The translations under genes were made by a program, and so were the position numbers. This document shows positions 23,521 to 32,000 of a stretch of DNA of 32,000 nt, piece after piece (positions within the stretch are counted from its first letter, which is position 1; every line of letters starts with the position of its first letter). Below the pieces are notes generated by a model. That model was not told the origin of the DNA and made no database searches. It saw only the letters and a list, made by a program, of their open reading frames with translations. Source of the DNA: Fibrobacter succinogenes subsp. succinogenes S85. Lineage in GTDB: Bacteria > Fibrobacterota > Fibrobacteria > Fibrobacterales > Fibrobacteraceae. The DNA lies in assembly GCF_000146505.1 (NCBI RefSeq), contig NC_017448.1, positions 2,130,001 to 2,162,000 on the forward strand, in the 5' to 3' direction.

Positions 23521-24012
23521 ATGAAAAAACTTTTTGCAGTTTTGTTAGTCCTCTTCGCCACCACACTTTCCTTTGCACAGGCCCAAGCACACAAACTCGC
23601 CATGGACAGAGGCATCTTCACAACAGACTACACCATTGATGGTCAAGATGTTGATAGCGATGCTTTTGAAAGAGAACTCGCCAATGTTCCAGAAGCTATC
23701 AGCAAATGGAACACCGGAAATACAATGAGATATATTTCGTGGGGAGCCGCATTCGGTGGCGGATTCCTATTGGGCTACGGGATTGCAGAAGGTTCCGGCT
23801 ATCAAGCCCCAGAAAGCTATAAAATGAAAGTCCTTGGTGGTGGAATAATCATCGTTGCCGCATTAATTGTTGAACACATCGGCAACTCCAAAAAAGATGA
23901 TGCCGTTGATATTTACAACAAAGAAATCGGCAAAATTGCAGGCAATGAATCAGTCAACTTGAGCCTTGTTCCGACTGAACAAGGCGGCATTGCTCTCGCT
24001 TTCAACTTCTAG
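23521..24012 (+). CDS. hypothetical secreted/membrane protein
   Basis: 163 aa. It has the signal peptide MKKLFAVLLVLFATTLSFAQA, one Gly-rich hydrophobic segment, and a C-terminal ALAFNF. Confidence 0.6.
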   Translation: MKKLFAVLLVLFATTLSFAQAQAHKLAMDRGIFTTDYTIDGQDVDSDAFERELANVPEAISKWNTGNTMRYISWGAAFGGGFLLGYGIAEGSGYQAPESYKMKVLGGGIIIVAALIVEHIGNSKKDDAVDIYNKEIGKIAGNESVNLSLVPTEQGGIALAFNF

Positions 24013-24016
24013 AGCT

Positions 24017-24790
24017 TTACTTGCTGTAATCGCGTTCGCCAAAGAGCGCGGTTCCCACGCGAATCATCGTAGAACCTTCTTCGATGGCGACTTCCAAATC
24101 GCCCGTCATGCCCATCGAAAGCTGATCGAACGCAGCAAAGGCTCCACCTTTCGCAAGGAACTTGTCGCGCAGCCCACGCAAGAACGCAAAGCATTCGCGG
24201 GAATCTTCAGCCACACCCGTGTTCTTGCCAATCGTCATGAGGCCGCGAAAACGCAAATGCGGGAAGTTTTCGCTTTTGCCGTCCGCTGCTGCGCCCGCGC
24301 GCTTTTCCAAATCTTCAAGGAACGCTTCGGCTTCGTGAACGTCCAAGCCACTCTTCGTTTCTTCCTCGCCCGCATTTACCTGGAACAAAATGTCAAGAAC
24401 TTTGCCCTGGCCATTTGCAGCTGCCGCACAGACCTTTTCGAGCTTTTCCACCGCTTCGATGCTTGCAATGGAATGGATGCAGTCAGCCACAAGAGCAGCC
24501 TTCTTGAGTTTGTTACTTTGCACAGGACCAATCACATGGCAACGCACGCGGCTTCCGTCCTTTGCCGTACGCGGTTCAGAGAACTTGAGTTCCGCCTCTT
24601 GCACGCGGTTTTCGCCAAAGTCCGTTGCACCCAGAGCAATCGCATTTTCCACAGCTTCTGCCGGGTGGAACTTGCTCACCCAAACGAGCTTCACGGATTC
24701 ACGGCTGCGGCCTGCAATCTTGCAGGCTTCATCAATCCTTGCTTCGAGAGCTGCAAGGTGCTCGCGCATTTCATCAAGAGTAAATTCCAT
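24017..24790 (-). CDS. yggS: YggS-family pyridoxal-phosphate homeostasis protein
   Basis: FGENRVQE, HVIGPVQSNK and LSMGMTGDLEVAIEEGSTMIRVGTALFG are present. Confidence 0.88.
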   Translation of the reverse strand: MEFTLDEMREHLAALEARIDEACKIAGRSRESVKLVWVSKFHPAEAVENAIALGATDFGENRVQEAELKFSEPRTAKDGSRVRCHVIGPVQSNKLKKAALVADCIHSIASIEAVEKLEKVCAAAANGQGKVLDILFQVNAGEEETKSGLDVHEAEAFLEDLEKRAGAAADGKSENFPHLRFRGLMTIGKNTGVAEDSRECFAFLRGLRDKFLAKGGAFAAFDQLSMGMTGDLEVAIEEGSTMIRVGTALFGERDYSK

Positions 24791-24900
24791 AGTAGTAACG
24801 AGGTCGCGCCTACGGCACTTTAAGGTTAATTATCATGCAGAAATTAGAAAATTTTCTTTTTCCAAAGGAACAGTATTCTCGACAATTTTATTCATACAAT

Positions 24901-24929
24901 AAAAAAGCGACCCATTTCAACGAGTCGCC
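24901..24929 (-). terminator. candidate terminator after gene 24944..27169
   Basis: Minus strand reads GGCGAC-(12-nt loop)-GUCGCU followed by UUUUU. Confidence 0.45.
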
Positions 24930-24943
24930 GTTTAACATTAAAC

Positions 24944-27169
24944 TTATTTTAAGTCAATCCGCCAAGTCTGTTTACCAACGCGCACAATATAACCGCCCAC
25001 CCAGGGAACAGCGATATTGAAGTTTTCCGATGCTACGCGTCCTTTTTGCAACACGCGGCCCTGCATATCAAAAATTGCATAAGCCGAACCCACAGGCGCC
25101 CCAGTCACCAGAATGCTTCTTGAAACAGAATTCACCGACAATTCCATATGCGCTCTTGTCAAGGAAATTATCGCGTTATGCTTCTCCGAAGAACTGCTAG
25201 ACGACTTCGCTTTTTCTACAGAGCTAGACGAAGAACTCTTTTTCTCTACAGAACTCGATGATGAGGATTTTGCTTGAACAGAGCTCGACGACTTAGCCTC
25301 CTCGGAACTAGACGAGGATTCCCTCAATTCATATTTTTGATATAACACTGTATCCGATATAACCTTTACATAGCGGTTTCTAGGCATAGATATTTCATTC
25401 TGATTTTGGTCATACCATTCTCCATAGGTCACATACAACGAAGTCGACGATCCGTATTTCACCCACACCGAATCAAAGGCATTCACCTGTTCCACGTTAC
25501 ATTTGGCCGTATCAGGAGAATTGCAGATTTTTACCGTATAAACATTTAGCGTAGAATCATAGAGCGCATAAGCCATTCGATCCATAAAAATCTTTTCGGG
25601 CAAATTCCATCCCTTAAAGGTGTACGTATACCCAATCGTCTTTTCCAATGTCGGAGTTTCACCTTTATAAGCCGCAGCTTCACCCGTTCCTACAGAATCA
25701 CAGCCCAATTTTGTCTTGAGCATATCGCTGTTATAATAACAAACAAGCCACTTCATATCCGTTTCTTCACCGTATTTGGCGTACACGGTATCGCCTTCGA
25801 ATAAATGAGAATTTGCCGTAACACGAACTCCATCCTTGGTATACCATCCTAAGAAGGTTTTTCCCTCAGGAACATCGACACTGTCTGGAATAGTCGTTTC
25901 CCCGGTATAAGAACTCAACTGTTCACGGATAAGCTTATCCCCTACAAAAATAATTCTCTGAATTGGGAGATGCGTCGAATCCGCAAAAATCGGATATCCT
26001 CCATAGCGGCTCCACCGTCCAGAATTTTCAGCTTTTCCTCTTTGAGTATTCAATGTCCACGCAAACCAATCTGATTGCATTTGGCTGGTTGAAAAAGAAT
26101 AGTACCAAGAAGGTCCATCGAAATCTTTATTTACCGCAGGGTACACATCTCTTGCCGACCAGTAAGGTTTCAATATCGTAGCATCGTAATAGCTATTTTG
26201 AAGAGTCGACTTATTTGTATCAACCAATGCAAACGCGTTCAAACGGGGTGCAATGATATAATTATTCATAATTACACCAGAAGACTTCGTTTGGACTTCA
26301 TTTCTCGCCGCAATGCCTCCAGCCGAATTCCCCCACGATTCCATAATCACAAGAGCCGAACTGTAATTATCAAGCACATATCCCGAATTGATACCAACAA
26401 GGCCACCGGCCTTTGTAGAATGAGAGCTCGATCTCACAATCCCTTCTGTATGGCACATTTCTATTAAACCAGTATTAGTGCCGGAAATACCACCAACTTT
26501 TGCAGAATGACTCCCTCCATCAAGAGAGATATTAGCAAAACATCTCTGAATCTTCCCCCAGTTACAGCCAGCAATGCCACCTACATTAGCTCCATACGAT
26601 CTAGACGTTGCACGAACATCCGTCGATGAATTTCTTATCGTGCCTTTTTCTGCATTTGTCGCGACAATTCCACCAACAACATCATTATTGTGAGTCGCAT
26701 CCACGTAACCTTCAACATAACAATTCTCGATCAAGCCTTTATTTACGCTAGCAATTCCCCCAGGACGATAATCCACCACGCCAACATGCACCATATTCAA
26801 GTTTTTCACAACACCCGACGTATCAATCAGCCTAAAGAGAGGAGCATCCTCTACTGCGGTCGAACGATAATTGTATAGCGTATGGCCTTGTCCGTCAAAT
26901 ACACCTGAAAGTTTTCTGTCACTTGGGAAAATATCATTCAAGCTATCCGCATCAAATTCCTCAGCAAAATCGATATCGATTTCGAGCACGGCGTTTATCG
27001 CATCTGACTTCTGGCTCAGCTGCTTGACATACCACATAAATTCATCGACAGAGGTCAGCTTGAAGAAAAACTTCTTATCGATTACAGTGACTTCGGGTTG
27101 TCCATCCAGACGTCCAAAAGAAAAACTAGCATAGAACAAGCAAATAATTGCCAAAATCCATTTTTTCAT
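24944..27169 (-). CDS. secreted multidomain protein: GLUG-like repeats, Listeria-Bacteroides-type repeats, Ser-rich linker, T9SS-type C-terminal sorting domain
   Basis: Signal peptide MKKWILAIICLFYASFSFG. Repeated (V/A)GG(I/L).(G/A).N motifs are present (VGGIVATN, VGGIAGCNWG, VGGISGTNTG, AGGLVGINSG, AGGIAARN). F(L/K)GW...... repeats are present. The 78-aa C-terminus reads ...YAIFDMQGRVL....GGYIVRVG....RIDLK. Confidence 0.7.
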   Translation of the reverse strand: MKKWILAIICLFYASFSFGRLDGQPEVTVIDKKFFFKLTSVDEFMWYVKQLSQKSDAINAVLEIDIDFAEEFDADSLNDIFPSDRKLSGVFDGQGHTLYNYRSTAVEDAPLFRLIDTSGVVKNLNMVHVGVVDYRPGGIASVNKGLIENCYVEGYVDATHNNDVVGGIVATNAEKGTIRNSSTDVRATSRSYGANVGGIAGCNWGKIQRCFANISLDGGSHSAKVGGISGTNTGLIEMCHTEGIVRSSSHSTKAGGLVGINSGYVLDNYSSALVIMESWGNSAGGIAARNEVQTKSSGVIMNNYIIAPRLNAFALVDTNKSTLQNSYYDATILKPYWSARDVYPAVNKDFDGPSWYYSFSTSQMQSDWFAWTLNTQRGKAENSGRWSRYGGYPIFADSTHLPIQRIIFVGDKLIREQLSSYTGETTIPDSVDVPEGKTFLGWYTKDGVRVTANSHLFEGDTVYAKYGEETDMKWLVCYYNSDMLKTKLGCDSVGTGEAAAYKGETPTLEKTIGYTYTFKGWNLPEKIFMDRMAYALYDSTLNVYTVKICNSPDTAKCNVEQVNAFDSVWVKYGSSTSLYVTYGEWYDQNQNEISMPRNRYVKVISDTVLYQKYELRESSSSSEEAKSSSSVQAKSSSSSSVEKKSSSSSSVEKAKSSSSSSEKHNAIISLTRAHMELSVNSVSRSILVTGAPVGSAYAIFDMQGRVLQKGRVASENFNIAVPWVGGYIVRVGKQTWRIDLK
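25181..25321 (-). repeat. imperfect tandem DNA repeats encoding the Ser-rich linker (SSSSSSVEK units)
   Basis: It translates as ESSSSSEEAKSSSSVQAKSSSSSSVEKKSSSSSSVEKAKSSSSSSEK. Confidence 0.8.
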
Positions 27170-27177
27170 AATTCCCC

Positions 27178-28662
27178 CTATTCTTCCAAATATTTCTCTT
27201 CTGTGATTTTAGTCCACATGCCATCCTTGCACTGGTAATATTCTGTTTTAGTATCAGAATTAAGCGTGTACGATTTCTTTATCCCTTCATTTTCCTCAAT
27301 GCAAGGCATCTTCAGTTTCTTTTCTACGTCAGTGAATTTTCGCCACGTTTCTTTATCACAAATATACGAGTAGGGTTTGCCAAAAGTCATTCCCTGCCAT
27401 TCTTCAATACATTCGCCAACGATTCGATCTGGAGTAATTTCCGTCCATTTCCATTCAGGTCCAATGCACTCGTAATAAACGTTTTGATAAGTATCCCATT
27501 CTTTAGATCTTTCCGGCTTACATACACCAAAGATCGACTCCAATACACTAGGAGAACGCCAAGCACCACTATCGCAGATGTAGTAATAAGAGTACACCTC
27601 CAGCATTTCAAAGTTCCGATCCTCAGTACATTCACCTAGGACCTCTTCTGTAGTCGCCTTCGTCCATTCGTAGTCCTTACAGATATAATGATAGAAGTCA
27701 TCTTTAACTTTCATCACTCCCAAACTGTCTTCTAAGCAAAGCCCATACAAAGAATCCAACGATGTCAATTCAGTCCATCTGGATTTTCGGCATTTGTATT
27801 CCTTTTGACCATACAACTCAATAACTTCCAAATCGGAACAGTTTTTTCCCAAGTACTCATTAGCACTCAACATTTTCCATTTCGTTCCATCACACACATA
27901 ACGATAATCACCAGTAGTCACAATTGTGTCAGCAAGTCTGCCATCCCAACAGAAACCATAAACTTTATCATTGAAGTCTAATAGAGACCAATCGCCATTT
28001 CTGCAACCATAGATTCCGCTTAGAGAACCACCCATATACTTAACTATTCCATTTTCTTCTTTACCGCATCCGATCTCAAGCGAATCCATATAGGGTATCC
28101 ATCCCGTTTTATAACACATGAATTTTTCACCTGTTTCTTCGGAAACATACACATCCCTTTGAGGTAAGCAACTTTCAAAAAAGCTCTTTTCGCATTTTGT
28201 CAGATACGCATCCGATATATCCAAGCCGCGGTAACACGTCAAGGATTTATACAAGGAATCCTCATCCGTTTCTGTATCGCTTGACAAATTTTGTTCAAAA
28301 GAACTGGACGAGCTTATCTCGGATCCTTCACTGGAGGATTTTTCACTGGAGCTACTTACTGAACTTGAGCTAGTTTTTGAGCTCGAACTGTTTTTTGAGC
28401 TTGAACTGTTTTTTGTACTGGAGCTGCTCTTTTTACTTGAACTGCTTTTTGCAATCGAGCCACTCTTTGTACTCGAACTACTCTTCACACTCTTACTACT
28501 AGAGCTGTCATCATATTCTTCTTCAGCTTGCTGTTCGTTAGCCCCCACACCGGAATCACTATCCCCGCATGCGGCCAAGAAAAAGGCGCTTATGAAAAAA
28601 CACAAAAAAACAAAATTTTCCGTCAAACGCCAAAAAGCAATGTACCGTTCTTTACGACACAT
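27178..28662 (-). CDS. lipoprotein with a Ser-rich linker and about nine Cys-containing repeats of about 36 aa each (Y.C...W...G.C)
   Basis: RBS AGGAGG and lipobox FFLAAC. Repeats include YRYVCDGTKWKML..YLGKNC, YHYICKDYEWTKA..VLGECT, YYYICDSGAWRSP..IFGVCK and YSYICDKETWRKF. Confidence 0.7.
   Translation of the reverse strand: MCRKERYIAFWRLTENFVFLCFFISAFFLAACGDSDSGVGANEQQAEEEYDDSSSSKSVKSSSSTKSGSIAKSSSSKKSSSSTKNSSSSKNSSSSKTSSSSVSSSSEKSSSEGSEISSSSSFEQNLSSDTETDEDSLYKSLTCYRGLDISDAYLTKCEKSFFESCLPQRDVYVSEETGEKFMCYKTGWIPYMDSLEIGCGKEENGIVKYMGGSLSGIYGCRNGDWSLLDFNDKVYGFCWDGRLADTIVTTGDYRYVCDGTKWKMLSANEYLGKNCSDLEVIELYGQKEYKCRKSRWTELTSLDSLYGLCLEDSLGVMKVKDDFYHYICKDYEWTKATTEEVLGECTEDRNFEMLEVYSYYYICDSGAWRSPSVLESIFGVCKPERSKEWDTYQNVYYECIGPEWKWTEITPDRIVGECIEEWQGMTFGKPYSYICDKETWRKFTDVEKKLKMPCIEENEGIKKSYTLNSDTKTEYYQCKDGMWTKITEEKYLEE
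28300..28512 (-). repeat. low-complexity tandem repeats encoding the Ser/Lys-rich linker
   Basis: It translates as SSSSKSVKSSSSTKSGSIAKSSSSKKSSSSTKNSSSSKNSSSSKTSSSSVSSSSEKSSS. Confidence 0.8.
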
Positions 28663-28695
28663 ATGCGTCCTCCTATTTTTCTATTTCAAATTAGC

Positions 28696-31065
28696 TTATT
28701 TGGATTTTGTAGATGTAGCCTTTTCTGCAGTTTTTGCAATTTTTACATCTTTAAACAAAATCTTCACGATTTCGTCGATGTGCTTGTGCGTGTAAATCTT
28801 GAGGCCCTTCTTTGCCGGTTCCGGAAGTTCCGCCACATCCTTCTTGTTGCCTTCAGGCAAGCGAAGCGTCTTCACACCAGCAGCGAGTGCAGCAAGCGCC
28901 TTCTCGTTCAAGCCACCAATCGGGAGGCAGGCGCCCGTAAGGCTCACTTCACCCGTAAACGCAATGTCCGGTGAAATCGGCTGCTTCGTAAACGCACTCA
29001 AGAGGCAGAGCGTAAGCGCGATACCTGCAGAAGGTCCATCCTTCGGCACGGCACCTTCCGGCACGTGAATGTGGATGTCCGTCTTACGCACAATCGCAGG
29101 GTCAATGCCAAAGCGCTGCAAGCGTTCACGAACAAGCGAAACAGCAATCTGTGCGGATTCCTTCATCACGTCGCCAAGCTTACCCGTCAAAATCAGCTGG
29201 CCCTTGCCGCTCAAAAGCATGCATTCAATAGGCAAAATTTCGCCACCGACACTTGTCCAGGCAAGGCCCGTCACAACGCCCGGGCGCCCCGGTTCCGGCA
29301 ACTGGTTGTCCAAGAATCTCGGAGCGCCGAGGTAATCCTGAAGCACCTTCGCCGTCACTTCCGGCTTAATCTTCTTGCCCATCACAATGTCTTTTGCACG
29401 ATGGCGCACAGCACTTTCAAGCACGCGTTCAAGTTCACGCACGCCCGCTTCGCGTGTCCAGCCGCGCATCACGGCGTTAATCATCTCGTCGCTGAAGCTC
29501 ACCTGTTCGCCAAGTTTCACGCCCGTGCGTTCACAGATGCGCGGGAGCAAATACTTGCCCGCAATCTGCAGCTTTTCATGCGGATAGTAGCCCGGCAAGC
29601 GCACCACTTCCATACGGTCGCGCAGAGCTTCCGGAATTTCACCTTCGCTGTTTGCCGTCGCAATAAAGAGCACACGGGAGAGGTCGAGCCCCACTTCCAT
29701 GAAGTGGTCAGTAAAGTCATGATTCTGTTCCGGATCCAAAACTTCGAGCATAGCGCTTGCTGGGTCGCCTCTAAAATCGCTTGCCATCTTGTCGATTTCA
29801 TCGAGCAAAATGACCGGGTTCATGCACTTTGCACGGCGCAAAGCGTGAATGAATCGACCAGGCATCGCACCAATGTAAGTGCGGCGGTGACCACGGATTT
29901 CAGCTTCATCACGCACGCCACCAAGCGTAATGCGGACAAAGTTACGCTGCATCGCCGTTGCAATAGATTCCACGAGAGTCGTCTTACCAACGCCCGGAGG
30001 ACCCACAAGGCAAAGGATCGGAGCACGGCGTTCCGTACCGGTAAGCTTCAGCACGGCCACGTATTCCATAATGCGTTCCTTGACCTTGTCGAGGCCAAAG
30101 TGTTTGGAATCGAGTTCCGCCTTCACCTTCTTCATGTTAAGAACAGTATCGGTATAAACGCCATACGGAAGTGCCAAGAACCAATCCACGTAATTACGGC
30201 TCACCGCATATTCCGGGGAGGTCGGCTGCATCATGCGCATGCGACCGATTTCTTCTTCAAGCTTTTCTTCAATCGCCTTGCTAAACTTCTTGGCCTTGAT
30301 TTTCTTGAGCAACTGGTCCGGTTCCGAAGCACCGCCATTTTCGCCGTCCAGTTCATCCTGCAACTGGCGAATCTGCTCCGAAATAAACCATTCCTTCTGC
30401 TGCTGGGCCATCTTCTGGCGCACGTTCTGCTGAACGCGAATCATCACGTTCTCGTTTTCCTGAGCAACCTGCATCAGGCTTATCAAACGTTCCGCAAGGG
30501 CGTCAATCGTTTCGAGTTCCAAAAGCGCCTGCTTCTCGGAAAGCGAAATTGAGAGGAACGGGATCATCCCGTAAAACGCGTTGATGTGGCTATCCATCGT
30601 AAAGAGCGCTTCGACCATGCCATCGGCAATATTCCTGTGCATGGCGTACTCGCGGAACATGTTCAGCACATCTTCAAACTTTTCGCTCTTGTCTTCGGCC
30701 TTGATAAAATGTTCTCTCGGCGAGACCGTCACCTGCAAAAATCCGTCGCGCAAAGCAATTGAGCGGAGATCCACAATGGAATCGCCTTCCAGCACGACCT
30801 TCACACAGCCATTCGGGAATGGCGTCACATTCGCCACGCGGGCAACCACGCCCACCGAGTAAAGGTCGAGCATCGGGTTGTCAAGCGTTTCCTGCTCCAC
30901 ATTCTTCTGTGCAACCAGGATAATTTCGTTGTTATGATTCTCAGCAAATTCCAGGGCGCGGAGAGACATCTCGCGGCCCACCAAAATGCGTCTAGTCGTC
31001 AGCGGAAATACAACAGCATCCCTCAGAGGGAGCAACGGGTACGTTTTATTAAAGTCAAAAGCCAT
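28696..31065 (-). CDS. lon: ATP-dependent Lon protease (endopeptidase La)
   Basis: 789 aa. It has the N-terminus LPLLPLRDAVVFP, Walker A GPPGVGKTT, and the catalytic Ser motif KDGPSAGIAL. Confidence 0.95.
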   Translation of the reverse strand: MAFDFNKTYPLLPLRDAVVFPLTTRRILVGREMSLRALEFAENHNNEIILVAQKNVEQETLDNPMLDLYSVGVVARVANVTPFPNGCVKVVLEGDSIVDLRSIALRDGFLQVTVSPREHFIKAEDKSEKFEDVLNMFREYAMHRNIADGMVEALFTMDSHINAFYGMIPFLSISLSEKQALLELETIDALAERLISLMQVAQENENVMIRVQQNVRQKMAQQQKEWFISEQIRQLQDELDGENGGASEPDQLLKKIKAKKFSKAIEEKLEEEIGRMRMMQPTSPEYAVSRNYVDWFLALPYGVYTDTVLNMKKVKAELDSKHFGLDKVKERIMEYVAVLKLTGTERRAPILCLVGPPGVGKTTLVESIATAMQRNFVRITLGGVRDEAEIRGHRRTYIGAMPGRFIHALRRAKCMNPVILLDEIDKMASDFRGDPASAMLEVLDPEQNHDFTDHFMEVGLDLSRVLFIATANSEGEIPEALRDRMEVVRLPGYYPHEKLQIAGKYLLPRICERTGVKLGEQVSFSDEMINAVMRGWTREAGVRELERVLESAVRHRAKDIVMGKKIKPEVTAKVLQDYLGAPRFLDNQLPEPGRPGVVTGLAWTSVGGEILPIECMLLSGKGQLILTGKLGDVMKESAQIAVSLVRERLQRFGIDPAIVRKTDIHIHVPEGAVPKDGPSAGIALTLCLLSAFTKQPISPDIAFTGEVSLTGACLPIGGLNEKALAALAAGVKTLRLPEGNKKDVAELPEPAKKGLKIYTHKHIDEIVKILFKDVKIAKTAEKATSTKSK

Positions 31066-31101
31066 ATACTACAAAGATAGTATTTTGAAAGGTGAGGGAA
31101 C

Positions 31102-31133
31102 AAAAAAGCAGTCACCGTTTTTCGGCAACTGCT
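31102..31133 (-). terminator. rho-independent terminator between clpX and lon
   Basis: Minus strand reads AGCAGUUGCCG-AAAAA-CGGUGACUGCU followed by UUUUUU. Confidence 0.6.
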
Positions 31134-31188
31134 AAGATTTACATTCGTGAAGTCGTAAAGTCTAGGAATCCGCAGCCCTCTACAACAA

Positions 31189-32000
31189 CTAAGACTTTTT
31201 CTTGTTGTGCGTGAGGCCTTCCTTCACCATTTCGACAGTCACGGTGAACTTCTTTTCGCCAGAGCCTGGCATCTTGAACATCGCCTGCTGCAGCACGCGT
31301 TCCATCACGGAGCGGAGCCCACGTGCACCCGTCTTACGGGTCATCGTTTCGCGGACAATTTCCTTGAGGGCATCGTCTTCAAATTCAAGCTTGATGTTGT
31401 CCATTGCAAACAAGCTCTTGTACTGCTTCACAAGCGCATTCTTCGGCTTTGTCAAGATGTTGAGGAGAGCCGTCTCGTCGAGTTCTTCGAGAGCAACGGC
31501 AATCGGCAAACGTCCGACAATTTCCGGGATGAGGCCGAACTTGATCAAGTCTTCCGGCTCAAGCTGCTTGAAGAGTTCGCTCAAGCTGTTTTCGCTTGCA
31601 GTGTGGATATCGGCACCAAAGCCCATACCACCCTGGTTCACACGCTGGGAAATAATCTTGTCCAAGGTTTCAAAGGCGCCACCGCAAATGAACAGGATGT
31701 TTCTCGTATTCACCTGCACAAGCGGCTGTTCCGGATGCTTACGGCCACCCTTCGGCGGAACCGATGCAACCGTACCTTCCAAGAGCTTGAGGAGGCCCTG
31801 CTGCACACCTTCACCGCTCACGTCACGTGTAATGGAGGGGTTAGCGGTCTTCCTTGCAATCTTATCGATTTCATCGATAAAGATAATGCCGCGTTCAGCC
31901 TTCGCCACATCGTAATCGGCAGCCTGCAACAAGCGCACGATAATGCTATCGACGTCTTCGCCCACGTAACCTGCTTCGGTCAAGACCGTCGCATCGGCGA
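31189..32000 (-). CDS. clpX: ClpX ATPase, C-terminal part; the 5' end lies beyond the window
   Basis: [10 protein letters not shown], Walker [11 protein letters not shown] and GFGA are present, then the ClpX C-terminal region. The frame stays open to position 32000 (..[11 protein letters not shown]). Confidence 0.92.
   Translation of the reverse strand, partial: ADATVLTEAGYVGEDVDSIIVRLLQAADYDVAKAERGIIFIDEIDKIARKTANPSITRDVSGEGVQQGLLKLLEGTVASVPPKGGRKHPEQPLVQVNTRNILFICGGAFETLDKIISQRVNQGGMGFGADIHTASENSLSELFKQLEPEDLIKFGLIPEIVGRLPIAVALEELDETALLNILTKPKNALVKQYKSLFAMDNIKLEFEDDALKEIVRETMTRKTGARGLRSVMERVLQQAMFKMPGSGEKKFTVTVEMVKEGLTHNKKKS

Noticed and set aside
31066-31101. A possible leaderless or SD-less start for lon, since TAGTAT sits directly before the ATG.
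   Set aside because: No acceptable -35 box lies at 16-18 nt spacing. Read-through from clpX past a leaky terminator is equally likely, and the sequence alone cannot decide.
1-32000. A search for tRNA/rRNA genes, CRISPR arrays, IS elements, integrases and methyltransferases.
   Set aside because: No T-loop-like GGTTCGAATCC contexts were seen. No regularly spaced direct repeats with unique spacers were seen. No DDE or tyrosine-recombinase-like ORFs and no SAM-dependent DNA methyltransferase motifs were seen either. The only methyltransferase is the rRNA enzyme RsmA.

Overview
Bacterial chromosomal window. Ser-rich linkers, a T9SS-type C-terminal domain and a PorV-like gene suggest an FCB-group organism, possibly Fibrobacter (inference only). 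From about 13.2 to 32 kb the content is mostly core: cstA, aspartate kinase, a sensor-less sigma54-type activator, a PorV-like OM protein, a phosphohexomutase, rsmA, an MBL hydrolase, yggS, two large secreted repeat proteins, lon and the 3' part of clpX. This core is interrupted by an AT-rich tripartite hipB-hipS-hipT toxin-antitoxin islet at 19.98-21.6 kb. Positions 1-12.4 kb are accessory. They hold an array of signal-peptide-less DUF285/BspA-type 26-residue-repeat genes: six complete modules in four genes, plus two head-motif remnants on the opposite strand. One of these genes is co-transcribed with a rubredoxin that the ORF track missed. Two of them end in acidic tails resembling the SSB C-terminal tip. 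A very AT-rich islet sits inside the array and carries a sigma-70-like regulator, a small ORF broken across three frames, and a methyltransferase-less LlaJI-type restriction pair (McrB-family GTPase plus McrC/LlaJI-like nuclease). A NADAR gene at the left edge has a frameshifted 3' end. Minus-strand genes in the accessory part share a recurrent promoter-like architecture (TTKACA-N17-GATAWW). No tRNA, rRNA, CRISPR array or transposase was seen. All family assignments rest on motifs read by eye and no database search was run.
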